A DNA stretch of 64,000 bases from Macrostomum lignano (GCA_002269645.1 NIVC01001667.1:62001-126000), one strand, 5' to 3'; shown: positions 12,137-25,469, counted from the stretch's first letter. Notes: generated from the letters alone by a model not told the origin. Numbers and translations: made by a program.

Positions 12137-12242
12137 ACCCCAGTCAATTGAGGAATTCCATAGTTTTGCAGGCTCAGGAGGAGTTGCAGGCTGCTGCTGT
12201 TGTCCATGAGCGCCTCCTGCGGAAGCGATGTGCAGCAATTTC
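12137..12242 (-). CDS. rdgA: DGK exon 3 (KLLHIAS...WNSSIDWG)
   Basis: TTTCAG acceptor, GTAAGA donor, 106 nt; the IDW motif preceding C1a is typical of DGKZ/I. Confidence 0.85.
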
Positions 12243-12477
12243 CTGAAAAATTTTTGTTTATTACTGACCTTAACAAATATAGGCTTCAGCCAAATGCAGC
12301 AACATCAACTGTACGTGATTAATAATATTTTTAAATTCGAATATGAGTAAAATAAAAAAATAGACATTGGAAAATAAATCTTACAATACGAGTTGAAAGT
12401 AAAATAAAAGAAAAAAGTATCACCGAATCCGATATAACATTTAAGGCTACATTTGTACCTTTCAATAGCTGCTGGAA

Positions 12478-12925
12478 ACCCACCCCGTTCCTCCAATTGG
12501 ACACCCACTCCATTCCTCCAATCAGACACTCACACTATTCATCCAATTGGCCGCCCACCCAATTCCTCCAATTAGACACCCACCCCATTCAACGCCCACT
12601 CCATTCCTCCAATTAGACACCCACCCCATTCCCCTAATTGGACACCCACCCCATTCCCCTAATTGGCCCCACCCCATTCCTCCAATTAGACACCCACCCC
12701 ATTCTTCCAATCAGACACCCACCCCATTCCTCTAATTGGCCCGACCCCATTCCTCCAATTGGCCGCCCACCCCATTCCTCCAATTGGACACCCACCCCAT
12801 TCCTCCAATCAGACACCCACCCCATTCCTCCAAATGGACAACCCACCCCATTCCTCCAATTGGACACCCACCCCATTCCTCCAATTGGACGCCCACCCCA
12901 TTCCTGCAATTAGACATCCACTTAG
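12478..12925. repeat. 25-bp minisatellite CACCCACCCCATTCCTCCAATTGGA
   Basis: Direct reading. Confidence 0.92.
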
Positions 12926-13307
12926 ACACTTAGATACCCATAGAACACCTCTATTCCTAAAAATAGGGTTATTAATTAAGCCATCTTAACAAGCAGACCC
13001 TGTCTACAACTTCAACCAGTCTTTGAAGCGCACATTTTCACAAGAAAAATATTCAATTATTGGCGAAGTACTCGGCAGGAAGTTGCATGAACGAAACATG
13101 ACGAGCTCGCAGCTAACTTGCCCCCAGCACTCTGGGTTTCTAATCAGGGATTCATTAATTAGGCAAGCTCTTTTGGGGTTTTTCTACTTTTTGAGTCCAC
13201 AGAAGGTAGAAAGTAGGATGACGGACAAAACCCTCATTAGGAGCGAAGCTTAATGGATTCGAATTTCGTTTCAATTTCTACAGACAGGGACGGCTTTCCA
13301 TGCACTG

Positions 13308-13570
<263 letters not shown>

Positions 13571-14099
13571 AGCTATCTATTAAAAGTGAAGGGCCCAAAA
13601 TACTGTTGCTATAATATCGCTCCAATGACTCATGAAATATGCAACAGGGGGAGCGCCGTGAACTAGTTCATGCAAATAAAGAAATAAAACGTTTTCAAAA
13701 TCTAAACTATTTTAAAGCTGGAAAAAATTAAACTCAATCGAGCTTCACTGCCACTGAAAAATGACTTTCTATGCAAAATGGAAGACAAAAAAGCAGCGAC
13801 TCTGCCGCAGTGAAACGTGACAACACGCGGGGTGGCACGCAGAGCGGCGGTGGAAGCTCGAGTGCTAGCAAATGCAGTCATAAAGGCCCTTTGTAGGCTT
13901 ACAGGAACTGCAGCAGCCTGTAAAAGGGAGATTAGGAAAAACGTGCTGGGCGATTGGATTTGAGCTTACTAAAACTTGATAAACCACTTGCATCTGCTGA
14001 CCAGGTGTCACTGGGGGAATGGAAACCGGCTGCGGACCCTGGGAAGCTTGGACATGAGATAATAGATCGAGGGCATGGTGGATACAGGGGGCAGGGGTA

Positions 14100-14680
14100 T
14101 AGGGAGAGAGGGAGAGAGGGAGAGAGGGAGAGAGGGAGAGAGGGAGAGAGGGAGAGAGGGAGAGAGGGAGAGAGGGAGAGATGGAGAGAGCGAGAGAGGG
14201 AGAGAGGGAGAAAAGGCGAGAGAGAGAGAGGGGGAGAGAGGGAGAGAGGGAGAGAGGGAGAGAGGGAGAGAGGGGAGAGAGGGGAGAGAGGGAGAAAAGG
14301 CGAGAGAGAGAGGGGGAGAGAGGGAGAGAGGGAGAGAGGGAGAGAGGGAGAGGGGGAGAGAGGGAGAGAGGGAGAGAGGGAGAGAGGGAGAGAGGGAGAA
14401 AAGGAGAGAGAGTGAGAGAGGGAGAGAGGGAGTGAGGGTGAGAGAAAGGGAGAGAGGGAGAGAGAGAGAGAAGAAGAGAGGGAGAGAGGGTGAGAGAGAG
14501 AGAAGGAGAGAGGGACAGAGGGAAAGAAGGGAGAGAGGGAGAGAGGGACAGAGGGAGAGAGGGGAGAGGGGAGAGAGGGAGAGAGGGAGAGAGGGAGAGA
14601 GGGAGAGAGGGACAGAGGGAGAGAGGGGAGAGGGGGAGAGAGGGAGAGAGGGAGAGAGGGTGCGAGAGGAAGAGTGGGGC
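14100..14680. repeat. GA-rich (GGGAGAGA)n tract
   Basis: Polypurine. Confidence 0.93.
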
Positions 14681-15147
14681 AACAGGCCAATCAAAATGAG
14701 AAGACAGGGGTAGAGAGGAGAGAGTGGGCATATTGTATATTGTAGAAACTATTGTAGAAGGCATATTGTAGAAACGGAGCCGTGTACTTTTAGGCCAGCC
14801 TTTGTTTTTTGTTGTACGGCTGATCCACGAGCCGCCGCGCGCTGCTGCAGACGAAAACGCAATCGCATCCCAGGGCCATTCAATAGAGTAATTTTTTAAA
14901 TAAAAAACATCTAAACTGTATTTTCGGCTGAGGCTGCTGACTCTCAGTTTTCGTGGGCGGGTTTTTGAAGTGGTTCCGTCAGCTGAGAAAAGAATCTGCC
15001 TGACAACAACAACAGGATCAGCTGGATAAAACGGTGAAGGCGGGTAGACTATGAGACTAAAAATATGATCAGAGTGACAGACTGTGTGATTGAGGGAATG
15101 AAAGATTGAATTATGAAAGAGTAGATATCAATACGAAAAGAGATTTA

Positions 15148-15555
15148 TAGTCATCGCTAGACATAGAGAGAGTGACAGTCATCGCTAGTCATAGAGAGAG
15201 TGACAGGCATCGATAGTCATAGAGAGAGTGACAGGCATCGATAGTCATAGAGAGAGTGACAGACATCGCTAGTCATAGAGAGAGTGACAGACATCGCTAG
15301 TCATAGAGAGAGTGACAGGCATCGATAGTCATAGAGAGAGTGAAAGACATCGATAGTCATAGAGAGAGTGACAGACATCGCTAGTCATAGAGAGAGTGAC
15401 AGACATCGCTAGTCATAGAGAGAGTGACAGACATCGATAGTCATAGACAGAGTGACAGACATCGCTAGTCATAGAGAGAGTGACAGACATCGCTAGTCAT
15501 AGAGAGAGTGACAGACATCGCTAGTCATAGAGAGAGTGACAGACATCGATAGTCA
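15148..15555. repeat. 28-bp minisatellite ATCGCTAGTCATAGAGAGAGTGACAGAC
   Basis: Period 28 checked at 15181/15209. Confidence 0.95.
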
Positions 15556-16008
15556 ACAGCCTGATGAATAATCTACAACTACTCATGCAACATGAGCAGC
15601 AATATTTTCAATTAAGACTGCATATTCATTAGCAGCTTGTGAGTCTCATGTTGAATATTATGAGAGAGGTTCGAGAGTAGAGCTGGAGCCGGGGCAGAGT
15701 GCTGACGTGAGCAGCCGCGGGAACAGTTAATGGTTCCCTAATGAACAAAATTGGGAATTGAAATATGTCGGGTATGACAGGAAGGTAGCATAGAGGAGAA
15801 GGCCACGCCCAAATCTTTGCCAAAATTTCGAATGGCTTGCGGGTGAGCAATGAATGCCACAAAAACAAACCAGCACCAGGGAGTCCTGGAGATGGAATCT
15901 GGACTGCAAACTGAGCTCTGGATTGGCCATATTTTTTCTAAAATAATCGGCAAAAATTATGGCGCACCACCAACAACTGGCCAGTTTTCATTGAAAAGTT
16001 ACAACTCA

Positions 16009-17325
16009 TGTGCTGGCGCCCCTGGTGCTGGCGCCCCTGGTGCTGGCGCCCCTGGTGCTGGCGCCCCTGGTGCTGGCGCCCCTGGTGCTAAAGCCCCTGG
16101 TGCTAAAGCCCCTGGTGCTAAAGCCCCTGGTGCTAAAGCCCCTGGTGCTAAAGCCCCTGGTGCTAAAGCCCCTGGTGCTAAAGCCCCTGGTGCTAAAGCC
16201 CCTGGTGCTAAAGCCCCTGGTGCTAAAGCCCCTGGTGCTAAAGCCCCTGGTGCTAAAGCCCCTGGTGCTAAAGCCCCTGGTGCTAAAGCCCCTGGTGCTA
16301 AAGCCCCTGGTGCTAAAGCCCCTGGTGCTAAAGCCCCTGGTGCTAAAGCCCCTGGTGCTAAAGCCCCTGGTGCTAAAGCCCCTGGTGCTAAAGCCCCTGG
16401 TGCTAAAGCCCCTGGTGCTAAAGCCCCTGGTGCTAAAGCCCCTGGTGCTAAAGCCCCTGGTGCTAAAGCCCCTGGTGCTAAAGCCCCTGGTGCTAAAGCC
16501 CCTGGTGCTAAAGCCCCTGGTGCTAAAGCCCCTGGTGCTAAAGCCCCTGGTGCTAAAGCCCCTGGTGCTAAAGCCCCTGGTGCTAAAGCCCCTGGTGCTA
16601 AAGCCCCTGGTGCTAAAGCCCCTGGTGCTAAAGCCCCTGGTGCTAAAGCCCCTGGTGCTAAAGCCCCTGGTGCTAAAGCCCCTGGTGCTAAAGCCCCTGG
16701 TGCTAAAGCCCCTGGTGCTAAAGCCCCTGGTGCTAAAGCCCCTGGTGCTAAAGCCCCTGGTGCTAAAGCCCCTGGTGCTAAAGCCCCTGGTGCTAAAGCC
16801 CCTGGTGCTAAAGCCCCTGGTGCTAAAGCCCCTGGTGCTAAAGCCCCTGGTGCTAAAGCCCCTGGTGCTAAAGCCCCTGGTGCTAAAGCCCCTGGTGCTA
16901 AAGCCCCTGGTGCTAAAGCCCCTGGTGCTAAAGCCCCTGGTGCTAAAGCCCCTGGTGCTAAAGCCCCTGGTGCTAAAGCCCCTGGTGCTAAAGCCCCTGG
17001 TGCTAAAGCCCCTGGTGCTAAAGCCCCTGGTGCTAAAGCCCCTGGTGCTAAAGCCCCTGGTGCTAAAGCCCCTGGTGCTAAAGCCCCTGGTGCTAAAGCC
17101 CCTGGTGCTAAAGCCCCTGGTGCTAAAGCCCCTGGTGCTAAAGCCCCTGGTGCTAAAGCCCCTGGTGCTAAAGCCCCTGGTGCTAAAGCCCCTGGTGCTA
17201 AAGCCCCTGGTGCTAAAGCCCCTGGTGCTAAAGCCCCTGGTGCTAAAGCCCCTGGTGCTAAAGCCCCTGGTGCTAAAGCCCCTGGTGCTAAAGCCCCTGG
17301 TGCTAAAGCCCCTGGTACTAAAGCC
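16009..17325. repeat. 15-bp minisatellite GGTGCT(GGC/AAA)GCCCCT, over 80 near-perfect copies
   Basis: First five units are the GGC variant, then a homogeneous AAA variant; ends about 20 bp from the exon 2 donor. Confidence 0.98.
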
Positions 17326-17344
17326 CTTGCCCGCGCGTACTCAC

Positions 17345-17712
17345 GCAATGGAGGCCTTGTTGCCGCCGCTACCAGTCGCGGCGGGCGAGTTCGAGCCGCT
17401 TGGCGAGTTCGAGTCCCCGCCGCCGCCGCCGCTCCGGCTGCTGCCGCTGCGCTTCCGACGCGAGGACAGCTCGGCCGCAGCCGCAGCCGCCGATGAGGTG
17501 CTGGCGGCGACGTCGAACGAGAACGCCCTGGGCTTTGCCGCGTCGCTTGGCGCCGTCTTTTCGGCTGGCGAATTCGTCGAACTGTTGCTGCCGATGGCGA
17601 CGCCGCCGCCGCCGCCACGGCGGTACCAGCAGGCATCCAGGGAGCTGGACCGCATCTTGCCTTGGCCAGCCGCGGTCGGCACCTGCAGCAGGTTGGGCAC
17701 TGGCGACTGGTG
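17345..17712 (-). CDS. rdgA: DGK exon 2 (LLQVP...RSSSLD...RAFSFD, low complexity)
   Basis: GC-rich coding-like ORF; donor ATTGC|GTGAGT is phase 2, matching the 12242 acceptor. Acceptor uncertain (17712 or 17733); an in-frame TAA at 17766-17764 bounds it. Confidence 0.7.
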
Positions 17713-17879
17713 CTGATGAAGCTTCGCAGTCTCCTGGTTCGGCTTAATCCGTTGAAGGCCACCTTAGCTGCCTGCATGGTGCGGAAAGCAATTTTCGGGT
17801 CGCTTTGGAATGGCCGAAATGTCAGCTTATTAAAATTTATTCATCATCTTCCAAGGTATTAGTAAAGGTATAAAGGTAT

Positions 17880-18640
17880 TAGAGATCCCATCATCTAGGT
17901 ATTAATCCCTTAGTTAGAGATCCCATCATCTAGGTATTAATCCCTTAGTTAGAGATCCCATCATCTAGGTATTAATCCCTTAGTTAGAGATCCCATCATC
18001 TAGGTATTAATCCCTTAGTTAGAGATCCCATCATCCAGGTATTAATCCCTTAGTTAGAAATTCCATCATCCAGGTATTAATCCCATAGTTAGAAATCCCA
18101 TCATCCAGGTATTAATCCCTTAGTTAGAAATCCCATCATCCAGGTATTAATCCCTTAGTTAGAAATCCCATCATCCAGGTATTAATCCCTTAGTTAGAAA
18201 CCCATCATCTAGGTATTAATCCCTTAGTTAGAGATCCCATCATCCAGGTATTAATCCCTTAGTTAGAAATCCCATCATCCAGGTATTAATCCCTTAGTTA
18301 GAAATCCCATCATCCAGGTATTAATCCCTTAGTTAGAGATCCCATCATACAGATAATAATTACTTGATTAGAGATCCCATCATCCAGCTATTAATTCCTT
18401 GATTAGAGATCCCATCATCCAGCTATTAATTCCTTGATTAGAGATCCCATCATCCAGGTATTAATCTCTTAGTTAGAAATCCCATCATCCAGGTATTAAT
18501 CCCTTAGCTAAAGATCCCATCGTCCAGGTATTAATCCTTTAATTAGAGATCCCATCATACAGATAGTAATCCCTTGATTAGAGATCCCATCGTCCAGGTA
18601 TTAATCAAATAATTAGAGATCCTATCATCCAGGTGTTAAT
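17880..18640. repeat. 35-bp minisatellite AGAGATCCCATCATCYAGGTATTAATCCCTTAGTT
   Basis: Period 35. Confidence 0.95.
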
Positions 18641-18854
18641 CCCATAATTTTTTGCGTGTCTTCTCACTTCTCACAGCCAGCCTGAAATTGCATGCAGTGC
18701 AACAGCCTGTCACACTCTGCTGAGACACGATCTGGTGGATTGACTTATGTTTCATTGTTTTTTCCATGGTTCGTTTTATTATGTCATTCCCGATCTTCCA
18801 TGCGACAAAATCTCCAAATCAGGGGAAAACTTCAAATCCCACTTCCGGATCGCA

Positions 18855-19968
18855 TATCTTACTCCCAGATCTCATACATGTATCTTACTCCCAGATCTCA
18901 TATCTTACTCCCAGATCTCATATCTTACTCCCAGATCTCATATCTTACTCCCAGATCTCATATCTTACTCCCAGATCTCATATCTTACTCCCAGATCTCA
19001 TATCTTACTCCCAGATCTCATATCTTACTCCCAGATCTCATATCTTACTCCCAGATCTCATATTTTACTCCCAGATCTCATATCTTACTCCCAGATCTCA
19101 TATCTTACTCCCAGATCCTCAATAACCCAGCTCCCCAATCTCCCAGATCCCCAATCTCCCAGATCCCCAATCTCCCAGATCCCCAATCTCTCAGATCCCA
19201 ATCTCCCAGATCCCCAATCTCCCAATCTCCCAGATCCTCAATCTCCCAGATCCCCAATCTCTCAGATCCCAATCTCCCAGATCCCCGATCTCCCTGATCC
19301 CCAATCTCCCAGCTCCCCAATCTCCCAGATCCCCAATCTCTCAGATCCCAATCTCCCAATCTCCCAATCTCCCAGATCCCCAATATCCCAGATCTAAATC
19401 TCCCAGATCCAGGGAGCAGCATTGAAGGATCAGGGAGCAGCACTGAAGGATCAGGGGGCAGCACTGAAGGATTAGGGGGCAGCACTGAAGGATTAGGGGG
19501 CAGCACTGAAGGATTAGGGGGCAGCACTGAAGGATTAGGGGGCAGCACTGAAGGATTAGGGGGCAGCACTGAAGGATTAGGGGGCAGTACTGAAGGATTA
19601 GGGGGCAGCACTGAAGGATTAGGGGGCAGCACTGAAGGATCAGGGGGGCAGCACTGAAGGATCAGGGGCCAGATCCCAATCTCCCAGATCCAATTATCTC
19701 CCCGATCCCAATCTTCCAGACCCCCAATCTCCCAGATCCCAATCTTCCAGATCCCTAATCTCCCAGATCCCAATCTCCCAGATCCCAATCTCCCAGATCC
19801 CCAATCTCCCAGATCCCAATCTCTCAGATCCTCAATATCCCAGATCCCCAATCTCCCAGCTCCCCAATCTCCCAGATCCTCAATATCCCAGATCCCTAAT
19901 CTCCCAGATCCCCAATCTCCCAGATCCTCAATATCCCAGATCCCTAATCTCCCAGATCCCCAATCTCA
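18855..19968. repeat. Nested arrays: 20-mer and 16-mer CTCCCAGAT family interrupted by a 21-mer (GGGGGCAGCACTGAAGGATTA, about 19415-19665)
   Basis: Direct reading; runs up to the exon 1 donor. Confidence 0.93.
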
Positions 19969-19969
19969 C

Positions 19970-20524
19970 CCCAAGACTGTCGGTCTCAGCGGCAGCGGCG
20001 GCCTCCTCAGTCTCCAGTCGCAGCTCCCTAGCCAGGGCGCAGTGGACGCACGTCCTGGGAATCTCTAGTGAGCGCCCGCGCTTCCGATTTCCTCCGACAA
20101 GATTCGGCAGGGCCAGCCAGCTGAAGATGCCGCCGCCACCGCTGCTGCTGCCCCGAGGAGATGCTCCGCTGCTGCCTCCGCCGCTGCGATCTGGCGAGGT
20201 GCTACTAGCTTGCGGATCCTCATCAGCTGAGCATCTGCCGCCGCCACTGCCGCCGCCGCCGCCACTGCCAGCTCGAACGTCGGTCACATCGTAGCTGTTA
20301 GACCGCGGCTTGTTGATCTGCAGGCCGGAGCTTCGTTCGGGAAGTCGCGCCGCTGACAGGCTGTCTTCGGCTTCGCTGTCCACCAGCTGCTGCAACGGCT
20401 GCTCCTCGACGGCCTCCTCGTCGATGTCGCCGGATGCCTCCTCGTCCTCGTCTGGCACCAGGTGCTCCACCACAATGGGAATCGGTGAGACAGCTCTGTC
20501 CGACATGGTCTGACTTTGTTTCAT
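19970..20524 (-). CDS. rdgA: Type IV diacylglycerol kinase, putative first coding exon (disordered N-terminus)
   Basis: ORF 19928-20524 with RSNSYD and RGRSLEIPRTCVHC motifs recalling the long N-terminus of Drosophila rdgA; donor GGG|GTGAGA at 19970/19969, phase 0. The join to the next exon is not certain. Confidence 0.6.
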
Positions 20525-20704
20525 GCCGGGATCGTCTGCTCCGAGCGAGTTTGGTTTCTGAGGGAACCGGGGACTGATAAGGGGTCCAGTATTTTGGGGG
20601 AGGGGTGCTGGGCTGACTGGATTGGCTGGATCTGCATGGGCGCCCCCCCCCCATTGCTGGGACAGCTGGGAAGAGCCAAGTGCTCAACAGCTGGTAGTTA
20701 GCGT

Positions 20705-21100
20705 TCTTCCACACTCTCTCTTTCTCTTCATCTACTTCCTTGTCGCTTTCTCTGCTTTCTCTACCCTCCCTTCTCTTCTCTCAACAGGTTAAAATATATA
20801 TTTATAAATATTTCTAAATAGTTTCTCTCTCTACCTCTCCTTCACCTTCGCCCTCTCCCTCTCTCTCCCTCTCTCCCTCCCTCTCCCTCTCCCTCTCTCT
20901 CCCTCTCTCCCTCCCTCTCCCTCTCCCTCTCTCTCCCTCACCCTCTCTTTCTCCCTCTCTCTCTCCCTCACCCTCTCCCTCCCTCACCCTCTCCTTCTCC
21001 CTCTCTCTCTCCCTCACCCTCTCCCTCTCTCTTTCCCTCACCCTCTCCTTCTCCCTCTCCTTCTCCCTCTCCCTCTCCGTCTGCCTCTCCTGCTTTCATC
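20705..21100. repeat. CT-rich tract upstream of DGK
   Basis: (CTCTCC)n. Confidence 0.9.
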
Positions 21101-21989
21101 TTTCTACCTCTCCGAATCTTCCCTGCAGTGGCATACACGCACTAGCCAGTGTCCTTAATCCCTAATTCCTATGGGAAGAGAATTGGCCAGCGGGCCATCC
21201 GAACAGTGCCAGATTTAAGAGACAGAAAAAACACCAGCTGGAGAGTAATAAATGATTTCAGACAGGTCTACCTAAAAAGTACAAGGCACTGACAAACTGG
21301 ATGAATAATTCATAATGAAGCTGGCCCTGTTCGGAACAGAAGAGGTAAGAAAGATTGAGAGAGGGAGAAGAGGCGGACAGGCAAGAGGGTACTCAAACAG
21401 TGACGGATAGCAACTGCCCCACAGAGCTGTAACCAAGATAGATTACTCTTACTAATAGCCGAAAAAAACTAACAAAAAGCTGTGAGATGATAAATTATCC
21501 AGACAGAATTTTTTTTGCCCTGTTCGACATGATCTTCCTCTCGGGTGTAGCTCGTATCTGGGCAGCGAGTGAGCAGTGTGACCTTACGCGACCTCCTTAC
21601 CACCTTCCCTACCGCCCAGTTCCATGCACGCAGCAGGCAGTGCGCATTGGCAAAATATAGCCGACTGACTGCATGGGCACAGGTGAAAGAGGAGACCAAA
21701 CTAACGAAAAAAAGAAAGCGGGAAGACAGGTAGAGAGACTGGGAGAAATGACGAGAGGCAAAGCAACTTTTTCTTTCGGAATTGAGTCTTCCCAGATCTT
21801 ACCTTGCCAGTAAGCCTCATCATCTCAAGAAGCTTCCCACAGCTAGCCGCCTAATTAGTGCAAAAGCTTGTCACTTCATGCTGGGACACGATCCGGTGGG
21901 ATTGACTCACTTTACTCACTTGGGACCTGACATCTGGCCCGTACAACCAGATATTCTTAATGTGTTTTTGCAGACAGTATCATCAATTA

Positions 21990-22560
21990 CCCAATCTCAC
22001 TCCCAGATCCCCAATCTCACTCCCAGATTCCCAATCTCACTCCCAGATCCCCAATCTCACTCCCAGATTCCCAATCTCACTCCCAGATCCCCAATCTCAC
22101 TCCCAGATCCCCAATCTCACTCCCAGATCCCCAATCCCACTGCCAGATCCCCAATCTCACTCCCAGATCCCCAATCTCACTCCCAGATCCCCGATCTCAC
22201 TCCCAGATCCTCAATCTCCCTCCCAGATCCCCAATCTCACTCCCAGATCCTCAATCTCCCTCCCAGATACCCAATCTCACTCCCAGATCCCCGATCTCAC
22301 TCCCAGATTCCCACTCTCACTCCCAGATCCCCAATCTCACTCCCAGATTCCCAATCTCACTCCCAGATTCCCTATTTCACTGCCAGATTCCCAATCTCAC
22401 TCCCAGATCCCCAATCTCACTCCCAGATCCCCAATCTCACTGCCAGACCCCAATGACTCCCAGATTCCCAATCTCACTCCCAGATCCCCGATCTCACTCC
22501 CAGATCCCCAATCTCACTCCCAGATTCCCAATCTCACTCCCAGATTCCCAATCGCACTGA
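21990..22560. repeat. 20-bp minisatellite CCAATCTCACTCCCAGATCC
   Basis: Same family as 18855-19968. Confidence 0.94.
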
Positions 22561-23004
22561 AATCCCCATTTTCATTCCTGGATCCCGTATCTCATATCTC
22601 ACTCTTAAATCCCCTAGATTTCCAGTAGTATCACTCCCAGCTCTACGGTAAAAGTAGTTGAAGTTATTTTTTACCTAAAGTTTCAACTTCATACTTAAAA
22701 TAGTGGCAACTGAAAATTGTAACTTAGTATGTGTAAAAGCAAATTTTTCGAATGATTTAATTTATTACAACAATGACATAGATGTTGTTGAAATCTTTAA
22801 AACTAATGTTTATAACGAAGACACATCGGACGTGTAATGCACGAGCGTATTAGCTGTGCAAAAAATAGTAGGCCAAATGTGCATCATTATGACCTTAATA
22901 AGATAGTTTTATCGTTAAAATTTTAGCAATCAAATCACAATTGATTTTGAATGATCTGTAAGTACAATTCTTTTGAGCTTTGATTGTAAGGGGTAATTAG
23001 CATT

Positions 23005-23620
23005 GATGTGAGGATAATTGGGTGAGGATAATGAGGTGAGGATAATGGGGTGAGGATAATGGTGTGAGGATAATGGTGTGAGGATAATGATGTGAGGATA
23101 ATGGGGTGAGGATAATGGTGTGAGGATAATTGGGTGAGGATAATGGTGTGAGGATAATGGTGTGAGGATAATGGTGTGAGGATAATGGGGTGAGGATAAT
23201 GGTGTGAGGATAATGGGGTGAGGATAATGATGTGAGGATAATGGGGTGAGGATAATGATGTGAGGATAATTGGGTGAGGATAATGGTGTGAGGATAATGG
23301 TGTGAGGATAATGGTGTGAGGATAATGGGGTGAGGATAATGGTGTGAGGATAATGGGGTGAGGATAACGGTGCGAGGATAATGGTGTGAGGATAATGGTG
23401 TGAGGATAATGATGTGAGGATAATGGGGTGAGGATAATGGTGTGAGGATAATGGTGTGAGGATAATGATGTGAGGATAATGGAGTGAGGATAATGGTGTG
23501 AGGATAATGGTGTGAGGATAATGGAGTGAGGATAATGGGGTGAGGATAATGGAGTGAGGATAATGATTTAGGGATATTGGTGTGAGGATAATTGGAGGAT
23601 AATGGGGTGGGAATAATGAG
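23005..23620. repeat. 13-bp minisatellite GTGAGGATAATGG
   Basis: Direct reading. Confidence 0.95.
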
Positions 23621-23778
23621 GATTGATGTGAGGCTAATGAACAATAATGATAAGAGGGCAATTAGCATCGATGGGAGGTTTATTAAACGTGAGAGCAAAC
23701 AAAGAAGCATTTTATTTGGACAATGATGGGATAGCCAAGTGAAGAGACAGTCTACACAAATTCTCCTTATTATAGCAG

Positions 23779-24088
23779 TTAGGCCTGCTGCTGCTCCCTC
23801 CACAGTACCCGCCGCCGCCGCAGACATTGAGGCGCTAGACGGCTAGTCAGTTTCGCGGCCGCTTGTTGGTACCTGCCGCAGGCGAAGCAGTACACGAACA
23901 GGTTACACACGCTGTCAAGAGCTACTAGCATGCCAGCGACTCGGCGATAGACAGCCGCGGTCTGGCGAGTGGCACTATAGCAGAATGCGATGCCCAGTGC
24001 TAGGGGCAGTTCCAGAGTGACAAACACAGCAGTCAGAGCCAGCACTGTGCGCGTCACTGTGCCTGTGACCTCGGCGCGCCGTCTGCGG
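23779..24088 (-). CDS. GPCR exon 4 (TM6-TM7-tail; VFVTLELP, DSVCNLFVYCF)
   Basis: CCTTAG acceptor; TM6 proline and NxxxY TM7 motif; TAA at 23779. Confidence 0.88.
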
Positions 24089-24481
24089 CTAAGGATGTGT
24101 CAGTGAAGAGAAGGAAGGGTTGGGAACAATGGAAAATGTACACTCATTCAATATGTGCTGAAACCCCAACCCCTCCCAAATGTTTCCATACCCCTACGTA
24201 CATAATGCGACGTTGGTCTACCACCCCGAACCATTTCTCGTCCCCTCTATGTACAGTGGAGCTAGAGTTGTAAACTGATAAACGTATATCAGGCTATAGA
24301 CGATTGATGTCACGCAAAGCACTCGTGCCTTCGCTTTGCGTGCAGTCAAGCTGCCCCACCCCCACCCCCAACATTATACACGCGCCCAAAGACTACCACA
24401 AAACCTCAATCACCATTTCTTTCTTACCCTCTACGTCCCACCCAGAAATCCAACTTCTAAACTGCACATAGACTTCTTCAT

Positions 24482-24859
24482 TAGGGGTCACAATCCCGGG
24501 ATCCCGGAAAAAGCCCTAACAAAGATCCAGGGATTCACAGGGTCGGGATTCAATCCCAGAAAGTTAATGCTATGCTTTTATAATGTCTGATATAATATGT
24601 ATAGGAGTTAGTTATACATAATATATATGCATTTAGTACAATATTTATATTACGAGTAGAATGTGTATATAATGTTATATATTATCAATACATTACCAGA
24701 CTAGCATTACCCCTTTAGCTCCTACCATAATTGTATGCGTTATAAAAATGTCTTTCGCAGGATTGTTACATTTATAACATTATAACAATGCTATGACAAG
24801 GATGGTAGTGGAAAATATCAATCCCGGGATTGACAGAATACGGGATTTTGTGACCCCCA
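24482..24859. mobile_element. ~378-bp hAT-type (TAGGG-ended) MITE in GPCR intron 3
   Basis: TIRs TAGGGGTCACAATCCCG / CGGGATTTTGTGACCCCCA; subterminal ATCCCG motifs; flanks TTCTTCAT / TTCTCCAT (8 bp, 1 mismatch). Confidence 0.75.
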
Positions 24860-25469
24860 TTCTCCATACATTTGGTTGAACTCCTTAAGTTCATCGCATA
24901 ATAGACAAGCAAAGTCTTTGGTCTTCTTAATCTTACTTTCGAGTAAGATCTTACTGATATAATCTTACTGATTTGCAAAGCTACACAAAAATTATGTACT
25001 CACAAGCAGTGTATTGTGCATCGTGAACGTATACATCCTTAACCCTGCTACCATTGAACCATGGTGCATTCGGAAACAGTCATGCAACTCTCCCACCCGT
25101 GCGGTTGTCGTGAAATTCACGCTGATGTCAACCCCAAGGCACAGGGAGTGTACAATTAGAAAGCCATGGGCCAATGTACATGTACAACCTGTGTGAGCGT
25201 GCGTATGAGTGCGTGTCTGCGCACAGTATTGGTGCGCTTGTCTGTGCTCAGGAGTCAGCGGAATGACAGAATTGCCTCAACTCTGCATGGTTGTGGGACA
25301 ATGTCGCCGAAGGCGTTGCACCATGCAGGGTGGCCGCAGCCCTCCTGTAATAATTATTATACAGCCTACTACTTTCTTGTCCTTGTTTGCAGCTTACACA
25401 GCGAATAAGGCATTTGGAAACGACTGAATAAAGAAAGTAAGGTGCCGTCAGTAAAAGTCAGCGACCCAC

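Noticed and set aside
14780-14880. Alternative first exon of DGK
   Set aside because: Candidate donors are phase 0 while the next exon needs phase 2; no homology recognised.
15850-17777. 548-592 aa ORFs (GAKAP, PGALA, LKPLV repeats) resembling collagen or elastin
   Set aside because: A stop-free 15-bp unit opens several frames on both strands. The array lies in a DGK intron whose donor gives an in-frame TGA, and the period is not Gly-X-Y.
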